Shown here piece by piece: positions 48,859 to 62,279 of a stretch of 64,000 nucleotides of DNA. This stretch comes from Psammoneis japonica (taxonomy: Eukaryota), in assembly GCA_008632985.1 (NCBI GenBank), contig QPGO01000039.1, positions 62,001-126,000 on the forward strand. The letters run 5' to 3'. The position numbers and the translations under genes are program-made. Under the pieces are notes generated by a model, which worked only from the letters and a program-made list of their open reading frames with translations, was not told the origin of the DNA and made no database searches. Positions within the stretch are counted from its first letter, which is position 1. Each line of letters starts with the position of its first letter.

Positions 48859-50196
48859 TATGAGGATCTCAATTGTTTTTTGTTTGTTTGTAACGCTTTT
48901 TGTTGCCTGACTGCTGCTATTGACGCAACCTTTTACCCCGCAAACCAAACTGAGAATTTTAGCTACACCGGCCGCTGGCAACAGCTTGAGGATGATGGTG
49001 TTGTCAGGTCGGACTGGCCCTGCAGCAGAGTACAATTCAACCTAAACGTGACCGCAAAAGACGGAAGCATTACCCTCGAGTAAAAATTCATCGCGTGCGC
49101 CTCAATGTTGTCGTCACCAACACTGCTACCGGCGACATTGAAAACTCTACGATTCTTGAAGGAAATTCGTTTCTGCCCGACAAAGACAAGTATGACATGG
49201 TAATTGAAACACCGGAATACATACCGTCACTCTGACAAAATTGACGCAAGCGGCACCGTACGGCAATGGTGTAGGAAAGGCGATCAAGTCGGTTCTTGAA
49301 TTCATTGGAGTAGAAATATGGATGAAAGCTTTGCAACTCTCTCGACTCCACCAGAGCTGCCAGTACGCCGGATTGGTTTCATTGGTGCAAGTGATACCGC
49401 TGGATATTGCGTGGACGGCACCCTAGAAACAACCGACTTTCGCCTCAACCCTTGGAAATACGACAATTGCGAAATGGCAAATCCTGGCGTCCTGGGAAAG
49501 CGCTTGGATGCCGAGGTTAGCGTGCAGGCAATTGCAGGGATTGGAGTAACGCAGAACGCCTTTGCGGATCAACCAGCATTACTAGGTGAATTGACAATGC
49601 CGGATTATTACAACCGAACCTTGCAGACCGAGACTCAACCTTTTTGGAACTTTGAAGAGTGGCGTCCTGACCTTGTGATTGTTTCTCTAGGTGGAAACGA
49701 TTATAACCACCAAGAGGAGATACCTCCCAATGAGACTTTTATTCAAGCATATGAAGAGTTTCTTCTTGACATTGCCGAGCCATATACAAATGATACCATG
49801 CCAACCATTGTGAGTATATGCGGACAAGGGGATCCTACCGAAGTGGAACGAGATCCAAACAATGATCGTTGTCGTCCTTGTCCTCATGTACAAGATGCGG
49901 TAGATTCCTTCCAAGCCAAGTACAACGAGACCATTCCAACGGAATACATTTTTATTCCGTGTGATGGCACAGTCGTGACGGGAGATGGTGACATTGGTTG
50001 TGATGGCCACAAGAACCAGCTTGGCCAAGAGCGGGTGGCTGACTTTTTGGAACCAAAGCTTCGTGAAATCATGGACTGGCCAAGCGAAGGTTCAACAGAG
50101 CCGACGACTGCACCGTCAAGCGGAGGTGTTGCGATGACTATGAGATGGTTGTTGCAAAAATTGTTTACAGGTGTAGGGTTGTTGGCATCATTGTGA
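48859..50196 (+). pseudogene. CE2-like SGNH carbohydrate esterase, 5' third frameshifted
   Basis: YTGRW...DWP, HTVTLTKLTQ, RRIGFIGASDTAGY, PDLVIVSLGGND, GCDGH, hydrophobic tail; TAA at 49081 and about 4 frame changes before 49318. Confidence 0.75.
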
Positions 50197-50820
50197 CAGT
50201 GTGTATGGGAAGTTCTACTCGTGACTTTCTTCGGGCTCCACACTGCATAGACTCAAGAGAGTAGCATAACGAAGTCTCGTTTACATGCCTAAGAGTGCGA
50301 CACTGAATCTGCGGTGGTAGGGTTCAAGAAAGACTTGAATAGAGTTACGAATTTCGTTGAGTATTTGGCTGATTTAAAGTAGCATTTCGCGGACAACTCT
50401 TAAAATAATATCTTCGATTGGCTTGGGCTTTTGCCACCACCGGACACGTCTCCGTTGCTTTTCACGCTGACACATCAACACCAAAATTGGATAAGTGCAA
50501 CCCCGGATAGATTCAAACCCCAGGAATCCGCCAATTTAGCTTGGGCTTGGGGTTTTTATAGCAAATCGTTTGTTTTTGTGCAGCTTGACGCAGAAACTAC
50601 TTGCCCAAGGCACTCGAAGAAGCTTTTGCTAAGGTGGAGCCCCCCGCAGGTAGAGCCACAATATCTGATCAACGCTTTCTTCCGGAATCGTTGTATAACC
50701 TGCTTATTTTTCACCATCTCGAATCAGCACTGGAACGCTGGCGGCGATTGTCCAAATGAAACTCATGCATGTTGTTCCTTCACTTGCTTAAGGCATGTTT
50801 ATCCGTGTTTAATTTAGCTC

Positions 50821-53800
50821 TCATACAATGGAACTCATTGCGGCACCATCGTTTCTGTTCCCTGACGGTGCAGTGGCCCTTTCTTCACTGGAACTTAAAG
50901 GAGCAACGCCTGATGCATACATAGGCCTTGCATTGTTCTGGGTGCGTTTCTGCTCTGCACGATATGAGTGATAGCGGTCAAGCCACATATACTGTTGTAG
51001 CACAAAAAAAGGAAACGTCCTACCATTAGAAGGGAGAATCAACAAGAAAAACACAAAAAGAGTAACCGCAAACATACCTGACGCTCTGCGGCTTCCTCTA
51101 TCTCCTCTCTCTTCGAGACAAGGGTCGAGCTGATAAGATGGCTAACGGGATCATCAGCGAATATGTCGGCATCAAGCGTAGATCTGTTCAATACTCGCTG
51201 TAGTTCAGTGGACAGACCTTCGTCTGTGTAGTGAAGCGCACTACTCGATGATGTCGGTCGCATATTTCCAACAAGTCTATGTCGAATGTTTGGTGCAACA
51301 GTTGAAGATGCCCCTTGACTCTCTCCTGGTGGAAGTTCCGACGAGCGAGCACAAGAATGCTGCCTATTTACAGCTTCGAAGTATTCTCTAGAAGTTGCAA
51401 CGGAGCCAGAGAAAGTGTCCAGTTGTGCTGGCAAAGCTGACGACTCCACAACCGATGAGGCGTGACCAACCTCCTTTCGCGGCGGCTGTAGAGCATCAGC
51501 TAGCGGGTTTTCTCGAGCCGCAGCTGGACCCGGAACGGCACCCCCACCTCCGCTGTCTGCTCCACTCTCAGGAGATGTTCTTGCAGCTTCTTGGTGAATC
51601 ATATATGACTCATCCACTCCCATGAAACCCGGTGTCAACGAATGGGAGGACCGAAGCTTTCTTCTCTCAATTTCGGACAACGTCTCAAGCTGCCGGGCCG
51701 CCGCTTCAATATACAGCTGTCTTTCTCGAGCAAGAGCCATCGTCTCTTGTTGTTGATACCGGTCAACCTCATCGACAAGATTCTGTCCGGAAGGCAGGCA
51801 CTTCCAAGTCGGGTTTGCTACCTTGAAGCTGAAAAAGCTCTTCTCTAGCTTTCCTTGTCTAGTCTTGGGACACGCATGAAGCGCTGTCGCTCTCTCGACA
51901 TTCCGAGTCAAGTATGTCGACGCCATTGCGCTACTCGCCATAGGTTGTCCTGGACCAGCAGATTCATCTGGAGGACTATTCCCTCCTTCCCAGTTCTCAT
52001 CTTGAAAGGAATCGAAATCAAAGGTAGCAAAACCACACATTTCACCTGCGCCGGGGACCTCGGTTTTCACTTGCATCACGACCTCGCAAATGTGCTCGGC
52101 ACATTTCGGTAGATTAACGCAAAGGACTATTGGGGCCACAATCACAGAAACAATTTCCATAACAAAAAGCTGTGCTTTGTACTTGAACATGGAGGAGAAT
52201 TCTTTGTAAGTTCTTCGACGCCAGCCACGTCCCTTCCATGCGTCAGGGTAGTGATGAGTATGCTTCGAAACTTGCGCCAGTGTTCGGTCCATTTCAGTGA
52301 AGAGGTTTCGTGTGTGTTTGGGATACGCCTCGGGATCAGGTAACATCGACTTCCCACCGGAGTAAACGACTCCAAATATACCAACATACCAGAGAAGATT
52401 CCAGTCTCCAATTTTAACGTGAAGTAGAATGGCGTCGTTGATCGCTGCAAACACAAGCAAAATAGCACCGAGTGATCCGCCCACAAACACCATGATCCTA
52501 CCAACTGCCGTCACGATAGAATTCTGACTAAAGAGCTTTAGATACTCTTCAGCGGCCGCATAAGACGGGCCAAGGCGCCTCTCAAAAAAGTGCGGCAATT
52601 CATTGAACTCCCGCATAGTCCATCTACAAAATTCACTGGGTTAGATGGAGAGCGACCTAGTGCAAAGCGAAACGAAACCTCATCAAGTCACTTACTTGGC
52701 AGCAAGAGACCATTCTCTTGGGCCCAGATATTTCTTTGTCGATTTCCAATCGTAAACGTTCTGCATTGAGAAGTGAAGCGTCATGAAAAAGAGCAAAAAT
52801 GGCATAAAGACCGCATGGAACACGCCGCATATTACAAAACGCCGTCTCAGTGACGCGGGATCAAGATAAAATGCTGGGCGAATCTGGTATTTGTGGTTGA
52901 ACATGTAGTTCAAAACACAAAAATACAAGCTCCACTGATATTCAAAAGATGCGGCAGTAACGCAAAATCAGCAACTCGGACAATCACAATGTCAAGATCT
53001 TGAGAGACAACAACGTACCTCCAGAGTTTTGCTAAAATAAACAGTGCTCGAAAAAGGCAACGACAGATCCAACATTGGAATGTTGAAAAAGGCAATCAAA
53101 AAGTTTTCCTTTCTCATGATGCGCTGCGCCACCACCAAGGAATCCAAGTCATCTTGGCCATGAATGGATATGCGGTATTCCCCTGATTGCTGCAAATCTC
53201 GCATTTTAGCCACAACGTCGCGATCCCATTCCACGGCGCCCCCCTCGAGTCTCCTTGGCGAGATGCCAAGTCGTTCTTCGAAAAAGTACTTGGATTCCCA
53301 TGCATCTCGCACTGTACAGACAAAGCTCCACAATGCAAATACTCCATAACAAGCGAATAGCAAAATGTAAATAACCACAATAAAGTTCCAAAGGGATATT
53401 CTTGAGAAGGGCTAAAGGAACACATGACAGAGGAGCCAAAAAGCTATACAGTAAGGCCATTTGAATGCGCAATAATGCCACAGTCATGTATTCATGGACG
53501 TACCTTATGAATAACATAGTCGCTAAAGTCCCCATGGCAGGTTTGTTCATCTGTGCAGGTTGCCAGGGCCTTCCAATCCAAATAAGCAAATAGAAACACG
53601 GATAGCCATAGCGTCAGAAAAAGAGATACCATTTCCACGATACCCTTGCTTAGAATGGGCGTGAAACCTCGGTGGTAATAGTAGTTGTATATTGAAGCAT
53701 AGAACAGGTCAAGATTTGCAACCGCTCCCCAACCATCTCGTTTGGGAAAGAGTCTAAACTTGTTGAGCAAAACAAAATTTCCATCCTCGTCTGACATGGT

Positions 53801-54279
53801 TGAGCCATGTCGGACATACGACGAAGAGGTGTGATTGTTTTGTGGCGATTGATAGCCATAACTTTCATTGTTTGGTTCCAACAAGGGATCTCTCCGTTCT
53901 ACTTCTTGACCAGCAAAGGATTCAAGACCAAAATCGGATAAATTCTTCGATTCACTCGTCGGTACAGTTCTATAGTATGCAGAAGACGCCAAGTTCCCTG
54001 CTGCAGCAGCTGCTGCGGATGCCGCTGTCGAAATGGTAGCTGCGGCTTGCTGAGCTACACTCTTGATGGCTGCAGCTGTGTGACTGCGACGGATGTTTGA
54101 ATGATGCTGTTGAATTTCTCGGGATTGCTGGTGGTTTAATTCTATTTGCAAGCATCGCATTTGCTGCCGCGTGAGCTTGAGGAACAAAAATCAAGAGGAA
54201 CTGTGACTAGAAACAAGAAACACAATCATTAGAACTTACCATCCCATAATCCCTCATCATCCGGTAGTGCGATGTCCAT
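50821..54279 (-). CDS. ATG9: Autophagy protein 9; exons 54279-54240, 54141-53504, 53411-53019, 52934-52696, 52623-51078, 50991-50821
   Basis: NLDLFYASIYNYY, AQRIMRKENFLIA, LGPREWS, REFNELPHFF.RRL, GKLEKSFFSF; five GT-AG introns preserve frame (exon 1 is least certain). Confidence 0.95.
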
Positions 54280-54427
54280 TTTCACTTTCTATGTAATATT
54301 ATCCGAACTCCTGATACATATTCTCAGACGTGCCAGATGCGTTTCCCGACTCAACAACGAACAACAACGACTTGCTGTTGATGGAGTTGTGAGTGTTGTG
54401 AGTTGTGATGTGCGTGTGGACTGTGTA

Positions 54428-54646
54428 CCGTACTGGGGGGCGTCTTTGGAAGTGAGATCGTCGAAGACGGTCTAATCGCCAGTGCGTTTGGGGGTTTCCC
54501 CAGTACAATTTGTACGCACAAGAAAACACGTAGGATCTGTCCAGAGGTCCCAAATACCCAATCGCACTGATTGACAGACTGTTTTGGTACAAATTCTACG
54601 TAACTTTCTTCGACAGTCTCACTTCCGAAGACGTCCCCCAGTACGG
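54428..54646. repeat. MITE-like element with ~44-bp imperfect inverted termini upstream of ATG9
   Basis: ccgtactggggggcgtctttggaagtgagatcgtcgaaga vs tcttcgacagtctcacttccgaagacgtcccccagtacgg; TA on the left flank only. Confidence 0.7.
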
Positions 54647-55713
54647 GAGTTCGGAGTGCGTTGTTTCGTCAAAAATTCTTTCGACTTTTCGCTTTTTCAC
54701 CCAACATTCTATGAAACCGGTTGACGGCTGGACTGAATTGTACAGAGTGGCGTCGGATCGATCTCTTCGACTGAATCTAAAACACATTTTCTGGAGCTCG
54801 ATCGACCTCGAATTCAATTGGAGATGCCGCAGTCGCATCATCGCGCTTTGCCGAAGATGCAACCATGACATGAACACGGCACAAGGGTGCAACAAAGATG
54901 TTCAACTGATGGAGCAAAAGCCTGGATTGTTGCAATGCTCTGTCTCTGCTGTCCATCCAATGAACTGCAGCCGGGCGAGAAAATTGGCGAAGATGATGAC
55001 ATTGTCAAAATTTCAATGAGCGCGGCACTCTGCAAGTGCAGTGTTCATGTTGCACCACAAATGCAGTGCTTTTCCAAATCTTTCTCAATGTCAATCTTTG
55101 CTCACATGACAATGGTGGCCTGTCATGCTGTTGTGGCTGTGGAGCGAGTCAGTGTCTCGCATCATCACAATGTCTGGGGAAGCTGAGCTTCTTGATTTTT
55201 GATGCTGACCCTCATCTCCTTTGCTGTCAGCTCAAATGCCAGCCCCTGAATCCCCAATGTTCATCACAATGGCATGACTCCAACCCACTTGTTTGTTTTG
55301 GCTGGACAGCAGTCCTCTGCCCAACATGGCTGGCAAAAGGGCAGTGTGAAACACCCGGGGGGCACGCTGGTGCTCAGAGCTGCGCTCTTGTCCACATGAC
55401 ACACACCAGTCTCTTCCATGGAATGCAACTTCACGCCATTTTCCACAGTGCCCCAATCACTGACTCAATGAGTTCACCATGCATCGTCTTGGCCCGATTT
55501 TTTCGATTTCCTCTGGGAACAGGAGAGGGCTCGCGCGACCGGCGGAGTGGAGGGTGCGGGGTCCGGTGTGTGTGCCTGCCCGTGCGTGCGCGATTGTCAG
55601 TCATGCAAGAAGGGTGATGGCGGAACACAACATGTCATGACACAAGTCGACAGACGCCATTTTGATCCATCAACATGTCAGAACACCTTCAACAACAACA
55701 CCCAGAAGCCACC

Positions 55714-57133
55714 ATGTCTAAAGACAAAGCCAGACCGGAAAACAACGATCCAACCCACACATTGTCGGAAGACTCCTTGGGGTTGGCATTCCAGTTTCTC
55801 TCGGTTCACGACTTGGCCACTTGTTGTCGCGTGTGTCGTGCTTGGCACGAGTTTCTTGTTCTTGGTGACGACAACGACATTACGTGGAAGTGCATGATGG
55901 AACATTTGTGGTGGTGGACGACTCAGCCTCGTATTGGTGGTGCCAGAGAAGTGTTTTGCAGTGCAGTTTGCAGTGGAACACAATTGGCAAAAGGGTTGGA
56001 GGAAGGTCGATTCGTGGATGAATGCGACACGCGCCGTTCGTGGTTGCTTTGTGGCCACAATCGACACGTCTTGTCCATTCTTGAGATTGAAGACTTTGTT
56101 GTTACAATAAGTGAAGATGGAGAGATTAGAAGCTGGAAACTTCCTTTTGTCACCAATCGTCCAGCTGGACGTTTGTTGTGTCAAAAAGATGATCGCGTTG
56201 GGATGCTTTTCTCGGCGGTTGCGCTTGACTCAAAACGCATGGCGGTCTCGGGTATGAAATCTGTGGCCATACTCTATTTTTGGAAAGATGAAGAAGATAG
56301 TTTGAGTTGCCGAGTAACGCAATACCTTTGCGGCCATGGAGGCCCCGTTCGTTGCCTGTGTTATGACGGCTCTGAGAAAGTTGTGATTACTGGATGCTCA
56401 GACGGACTCATTCGTATTTTCAAAGTGTTGCATGACGAACGAGAATCAGGCGATAACAATAGAAGCGTTTCTGTTGCCGACGAGACGGAAGCAGTTTTAG
56501 AATTGATGGCCACAGCAGCGGTGTCAATCGGGTTAGTCTAGGGTGTGATAAGTGGACTGTCCTTTCCAGCAGTAGTGACCAGACTGTTCGAATATGGAAC
56601 TACAGGAATGGAAAATGTCTGAAACGTGTGGATTTGCTGGATCTGTGGGAGGAGCTTCGCTCATTGGTTTGAAACAAAGTGAGTGCGCCGTGTTTTATGA
56701 TTCTGTCGAAGACGGGTGTTCTATCCGCATATTTCGAACCTCGGATGGATTTGTAAAGCAAGAGATTTCCACGTCGAATCGAATCTGCGAAGTTTGCTTC
56801 CACGGACGGTTGCTCATGTGTGGCACCAACAATGGTAGTCTTATTGAGTTCAATGTGGACACGGGAAGGCAGACTCATTTTGTAGACAGGGTTTTCAAAT
56901 CAGCGGTATGCAGCGTTCAATACCTTTGCCATGACAATGTACTTGCCATTGGCGAAGACGGGCAGATGCTCATGATTAAGTTATCCCGCGATTCTTCTTC
57001 GGGTTGGAGCATTCTACGTGAGATATCACTGAGAATGCGCCCGCGAGGAAGCATCTGGTTCAGTGAGGAACGACGGACATTACTCATTGCCAGTTTCGGT
57101 TACCTGGTACGAGCTTTTGTTTTCTCAGATTGA
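55714..57133 (+). pseudogene. F-box/WD40 protein with two frameshifts
   Basis: F-box LSEDSLGLAFQFLSVHDLATCCRVCRAW; WD repeats GHNRHV..SEDGEIRSW, GHGGPV..SDGLIRIF, and in a shifted frame GHSSGV..SDQTVRIWN; frame changes near 56505 and 56660. Confidence 0.8.
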
Positions 57134-57464
57134 GCCGAATTGCTAGATTGCCGCCCTCTTAGAAATGGCTTTTAATCATCAATAGTAGAGTACCCTCCTC
57201 TCTATAGTAGTAGCTCATAGCTGCTCAAAACAATTCATTTCAGTACGAAACTCTGAAATATTGAAGATTCAATCCTTTGATATAAACCGTGTTTCCATTC
57301 ATATTATTGAGAAGTATTCCCAATTCCACAATGTTTCTCTCTTGTCTTTTACAGACGAACACGTGACCTTACAGGTACACTCTTGACTCGTCCATCAGGT
57401 TGCATTTCGGTTTTGACTGTAAGTAAAAAATACGTCGCATTGGTATTCTTGCTTGCCTTTTAAA

Positions 57465-58161
57465 CTAGGACAACCAAGCATAACCCGTGTTGGATTCTCC
57501 TTCTGCGTTTTGCTTGTCTGCCTCTTGCGCGTTGCCATTCTTGTCTCGCAAATACAAAATGACGCTAAAGGCAAAGCCAAATATCATCCAGAGCATAAAT
57601 GATAGAGGAACAAACATGGCGGATGACCAAAAGCCTTCATCTTCGGGACGGTCCCATTCAATCTGCATACAACAGAAAGGAATTTTTTTTGTGAGTCCAG
57701 CGGAACAGCGTGTAACATCATGTAACGAGACGATGGTTTGAGAAGCAAACTGACTGTCAAACAATAAGTCGCACCATGGATCCTTCAAGGATAACAAACA
57801 ACAGCAACGCCAAATTTCCAAACACAAACGTCGCCCCCGTCAGCATACCACGTCTATGGCCGTCGTTGACACTGTCGTTTGCACTACTACTTCTAGAAAA
57901 CCATCTGCTCTTGCTGTTATGGGGTTGAAATACCGTGTTTGCAAACCAACAGAGTGCACCAAACAACAAGACCGTCCATATATAGGCAAAGAGCACAGAA
58001 AAGGCGCCTTGTTCGTCAGGTCCTTCACCCCAACCCCAATCGCCAGAACCCTCATCGCCGTCATTGCCAATCCGTAAGGCAATGCGATTGACAATCAAGA
58101 TCAAAATTGGAAGGAGGACGCACACGGCACTCGCCACGTTCCAAGCAACAATCAATCTCAT
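57465..58161 (-). CDS. Hypothetical 4-TM membrane protein, 2 exons (58161-57775, 57662-57465)
   Basis: Four hydrophobic helices; GT-AG intron 57774-57663 joins EGSM|IEWD in frame. Confidence 0.7.
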
Positions 58162-58419
58162 GCGGTTTTTATTACAATGGTTTGCGGCTACAAAAAGCCA
58201 GAACAACCATATACACAGCTAAAATATAGTAGGGCCCTACTAGAGCTAATGAAAAAGAGTTGTCAACTCTATCTTGATGATGCCGAGGGTCGGACAACGG
58301 ACAACGGGCGGGGCGGAAAGCGGAAACGTACCGTACGGCAGTAAGTTAGCGCCTAACAGGTGGGTGTGCTTTTCAGCCCACCGAAAAGCGGGCGGGCGGG
58401 CGGGTCGTTTTTTGAAGGC

Positions 58420-60400
58420 TTTCTCATCAGCGGCTGCATTTGCACAGTCCTCCAAAGCAACAAGATGCTGCATCATTAGACTGCACAGTGGGGGCACCAG
58501 TCAGAAATGATTGCAGGAATTCATCCGACATTTGCCACTCACATGGCGCCCCTTTCGCAAAGACTGCAGTTGATGGCGGTTGTGAGGCTGTTTCTGAGTT
58601 GGCACATTTGCTGAAAAAAAAATTGTGCGCTCACTTCATGCACATCATGCACAAAGTCAACTTCTCTGCCCCAAAGGTGAAAGTGGCCTTGCTCTGACTG
58701 ACACATTGCACACGTTGCTCATCTTGTGAGTGAGTGACTGTGCGGCACAAAGTTTTGTGCTTCAAGTCTTTGCACAATGGGCGTGACTTGGGGAGGAGGG
58801 GGGGATGATCCTTGTGATTCATGTTCACTGGCAGCTGGCTTGAAATCATGCCAGCCCTTCTGGTGCTCAGCAGATTTGGTGCAAGTCTTGCAAGGCAGGG
58901 CTTGCTTGCGCGTGCCTGTGCTGGAGGCTGCACACACACACCCTCTCCTCTGGAAGGTTTGTGTCACAAGGTGTGTGCTGGCATCTGCCAGCTGTTGGAA
59001 CAGTGTGAAAATGCAAAGCATTGGCTGGAGCAGCAAGACATGCAAAATTTGGATCTTGAGAGTCATCCATGAGCTGCCACAAGCAAGCGGCACTGTTTGT
59101 TGTCACACTTTTACAGTGCTTCTAGTCAAGAAAACGGAGTGTGGCAGAGCTGCATCCAACCACGCATTGACAGCTGGGGCCAGACCCACAACCATGACAA
59201 AAAATGGGCTGCCAGCTTGAGTTGAAAAAAAGAGCTGACAGAAAGCTCTTGTGCATGCACGGGAGCTCAGCACATTGTGCCAAGTTGCTGGGGCTGGAAA
59301 ATTGTGACATCTCCATGTGCATGAAATCCAAGAATTTGTCAATGCTGCAGCCACCCCCCCCATCCTCCAGTGCGCCAGTGCACTCCACAATTTGGGGTGC
59401 TGGCAGACATGTGCACACATGTGAGGAGGCATGTTCACATTGCTTGATGAGTTGGAAGAAGTGGTTGTTCTGTGTCAATGCACCAAACACTTTTTGAAAA
59501 GACCCGCACATTGGCTTTTTTGCCCATGCCCCCCAAAGGTCACACCCAACACTGAGTGGAGCAACACAAAAAGCTGCTTTGCTGAGCCACAAACTCAAAG
59601 AGAGTGTTTTTTGAGAGCACCCCAGTGGCACAAGCCTGAAAGAACACTTCATCAGCTTGGCAGCATTTTGTTGTTCCCCACCCAACAATGGCACCTTGTC
59701 ATTTTATTTTGATTTGATGCTCAATGACAGGGCCATTGCAAATGCAACACCTGGCATTTTGGGTGGGGACACCTTGGTGGACGGAGTGATGCAGGCAAAG
59801 CAATCATCGTTGTCACTTCTTAGAGGAACTGCACTTTTCTGCAATTGATGCTGCAGGGAGGCACCTTCATTTGAGTGAAAACAGCAACCACTGCACAAAG
59901 AACTTGCAGCCTTTCATCTTTTCCAGTGCTTCATGGGTGTGCCTGCTGCTTGTGGCTCTTCTTGACTGTGCTGGTGCAGTCATCTCCTCTGGAGTGTTTG
60001 CCTCACCTGTTTCTCACTGTGGCAAGAGGGTGCTTCCTTTTTTTGCATGTCTGGATGATGATGGGACCTTTTGGTCATGACTGGCTGTGTCAACTCAGCT
60101 TGTGCAAGACTGGTTGTGGTCTCATGTCTTCTTCCAACTTCTGTGGCTGTCAACAATGGCACAAAACAAAATGAGGTGACTGTTGAGCAGTGTTCTGTTT
60201 GAGAGATCATTGCCAACACCCAGGCTAACAGCTCTCAAGGCCACATGAAGAAATGCCCCAACCATGTCAACACCATGCCTTTGGGCCAATCTCAGAAGAC
60301 TTTTGAGTGGCGATGCTTGAGGGAACGTTCATGCCCATGGTTCAGCTCACAAGGATTTCAGCTTTGTGGCAGCAAAAGATGAATTGACTGGAGTGTCAAC
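58420..60400. mobile_element. Decayed repeat block, family unresolved
   Basis: CpG/TpA-depleted; no coherent ORF. Confidence 0.5.
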
Positions 60401-60791
60401 TTTCATTGGAGACACTTGGAGGATTGGTTGTGATCACGCTTTTTCCAATTGGCCAGCATCCAAGCCCTGTTGGACATAAATTGTGAAGGTTGCAAACTTG
60501 TCCTTTGCAGCAAGCAAAGAAGCACAGCTTCCTGGAAATGATTCCAATAATTCACATTTGGCGGCAACGGCATGGGTCTGCTGGAATTGGCACTCGAGCT
60601 CGATAAACGTGTGAGAGATGACCTCAGTTGTGGGAAACTCAGAGAATGGTTCGAGGGCTGGCCATTGGCTGGAAGAGATCGATTCTCTCGGAAAGACAGT
60701 GGACAGTGAGAAGAGAACAGTTGACACACAGCTAAGAATAAGTGTGTCGGAAACAGCTTTTTAAGTTTTTAGGGATTCAGCATTGTCCAGC

Positions 60792-62018
60792 CTATTTGTT
60801 TCTCTTCCACCAAATATTGACTGATCCATCAATGCTGGGAATGACCTTTTTTACAATGTAGTCAATCGTTTCATTTGTTGACGCGTTGGGCTTTTCATAC
60901 AAATTGTCTGGTCCCAACCACGCCCCTATTGCGTGCAAGTGATATCCTGACTCCATTATTTCCGTGTACATTGCTATAAGATCACTTGTATCGTCATTTG
61001 GAGATGCCTCCATGAAAATGTTTTGAATCATACCGGACTTGACCAATCGTGCCGCTCCGCGGAACACCTTTGAAAACAACACAAGAGGGGAAAGGCAAAA
61101 AATGAGTATCGGAACGACGGCACAAGCAACAAAAAAAAAAGATAACCAAGAAGCAGCTCGTACCTGCGGCTCGAAACCTTCTACATCCACCTTTAGAATA
61201 GGAATCAACGGTCGATTTTTGAACCAGCCTTTATCTTCCGCAAACTGATCTAGCGGAATAACCTGAACCGTGGCGGTTGCATTCCCTGCCCAACCCTTTC
61301 TGACAAAGCTCCCAGTTCCAGGGTTATTCCAAGCGCTCACGTAGAGTTCCAATTTGTCTTCTTTTTCGCCAACACCGTTATTGTAAAAGTTGATGCTGCT
61401 CTTTCCTTGATGAGCACTCTTATGTAACAACGACTGCTCATCTACGCTGCTGCTCCACTCGTTGAATTTGATAGACTGGCAAATGCGAATACCATTCATG
61501 ACGTTGGGTTCAAACACATCAACATGGTACCCTAATGATGCAGAGAGGTGAGTAAACCATCCAATGTTTCCACCAACATCCAAGACACGAGAGTTTGGAT
61601 GTTTCAATGTCTCGTCCTCTAATAAAACCTTTCGAAATGCCTCCGTCAAAACCTTCTCGTAGTACTGTCCGTTCTTCAAAATGTCAAATCGTGGTGCGTC
61701 GTATTCTTTTTTGTGTAAAGACACATAGAACGGTGGATCTAATGTGGTCAATCGACTGAAGACTTGACCGTCGTTGGGGTCTTTTATGGGATAATCGTTG
61801 CGATGAATGTTGCTCAGCAAATTCTTGCAGTCAAAAGGCTTGATTCCGGTAAACTGCTGCTCAGTAGGTGGTGTCGGCTCCAGGTATCTATCATTGTAAT
61901 TCTTTAGAAAAGAAACGGTATTCCAACTCACAATAACGCAGACACCCAGAAACAACGCTTCAAAAAGAAATGGAATCGAACGCGGCTTCGTCGGTTGGCG
62001 ATTTCTCATGAGGACCAT
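60792..62018 (-). CDS. FkbM-family methyltransferase, membrane-anchored; 96-nt stopless intron 61163-61068
   Basis: N-terminal TM; VLDVGGNIGWF, VFEPN, LKVDVEGFEPQ|VFRGA; gtacga...aag intron. Confidence 0.9.
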   Translation of the reverse strand: MVLMRNRQPTKPRSIPFLFEALFLGVCVIVSWNTVSFLKNYNDRYLEPTPPTEQQFTGIKPFDCKNLLSNIHRNDYPIKDPNDGQVFSRLTTLDPPFYVSLHKKEYDAPRFDILKNGQYYEKVLTEAFRKVLLEDETLKHPNSRVLDVGGNIGWFTHLSASLGYHVDVFEPNVMNGIRICQSIKFNEWSSSVDEQSLLHKSAHQGKSSINFYNNGVGEKEDKLELYVSAWNNPGTGSFVRKGWAGNATATVQVIPLDQFAEDKGWFKNRPLIPILKVDVEGFEPQVRAASWLSFFFVACAVVPILIFCLSPLVLFSKVFRGAARLVKSGMIQNIFMEASPNDDTSDLIAMYTEIMESGYHLHAIGAWLGPDNLYEKPNASTNETIDYIVKKVIPSIDGSVNIWWKRNK

Positions 62019-62279
62019 TTTGTGTTGATTGAATAGCTTTTATTGCATCAATAAAGGCGCTCAGGAAACTGCTCGTCATGTTTTCGAGCTTCGGAGGACT
62101 TGCAAAGTATCGGTAGGTCTGCACTTCATGGATGCGGTGAAATGAAACTGTGACCTTCTGCAGAACCCCTTGACGTTTGCAGAAGGCGGAAGCCAAGAAT
62201 CAAATTTTCGAAATTTTGGAATGTCTCTGCCTCGCTCTGACAGATCTCGTATAAATTAGTCGCATGTGCTGTCACAGAT

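Noticed and set aside
61068..61163. Extra hydrophobic segment in the FkbM ORF
   Set aside because: Stopless 96-nt GT-AG intron interrupting the conserved EGFEPQ|VFRGA motif.
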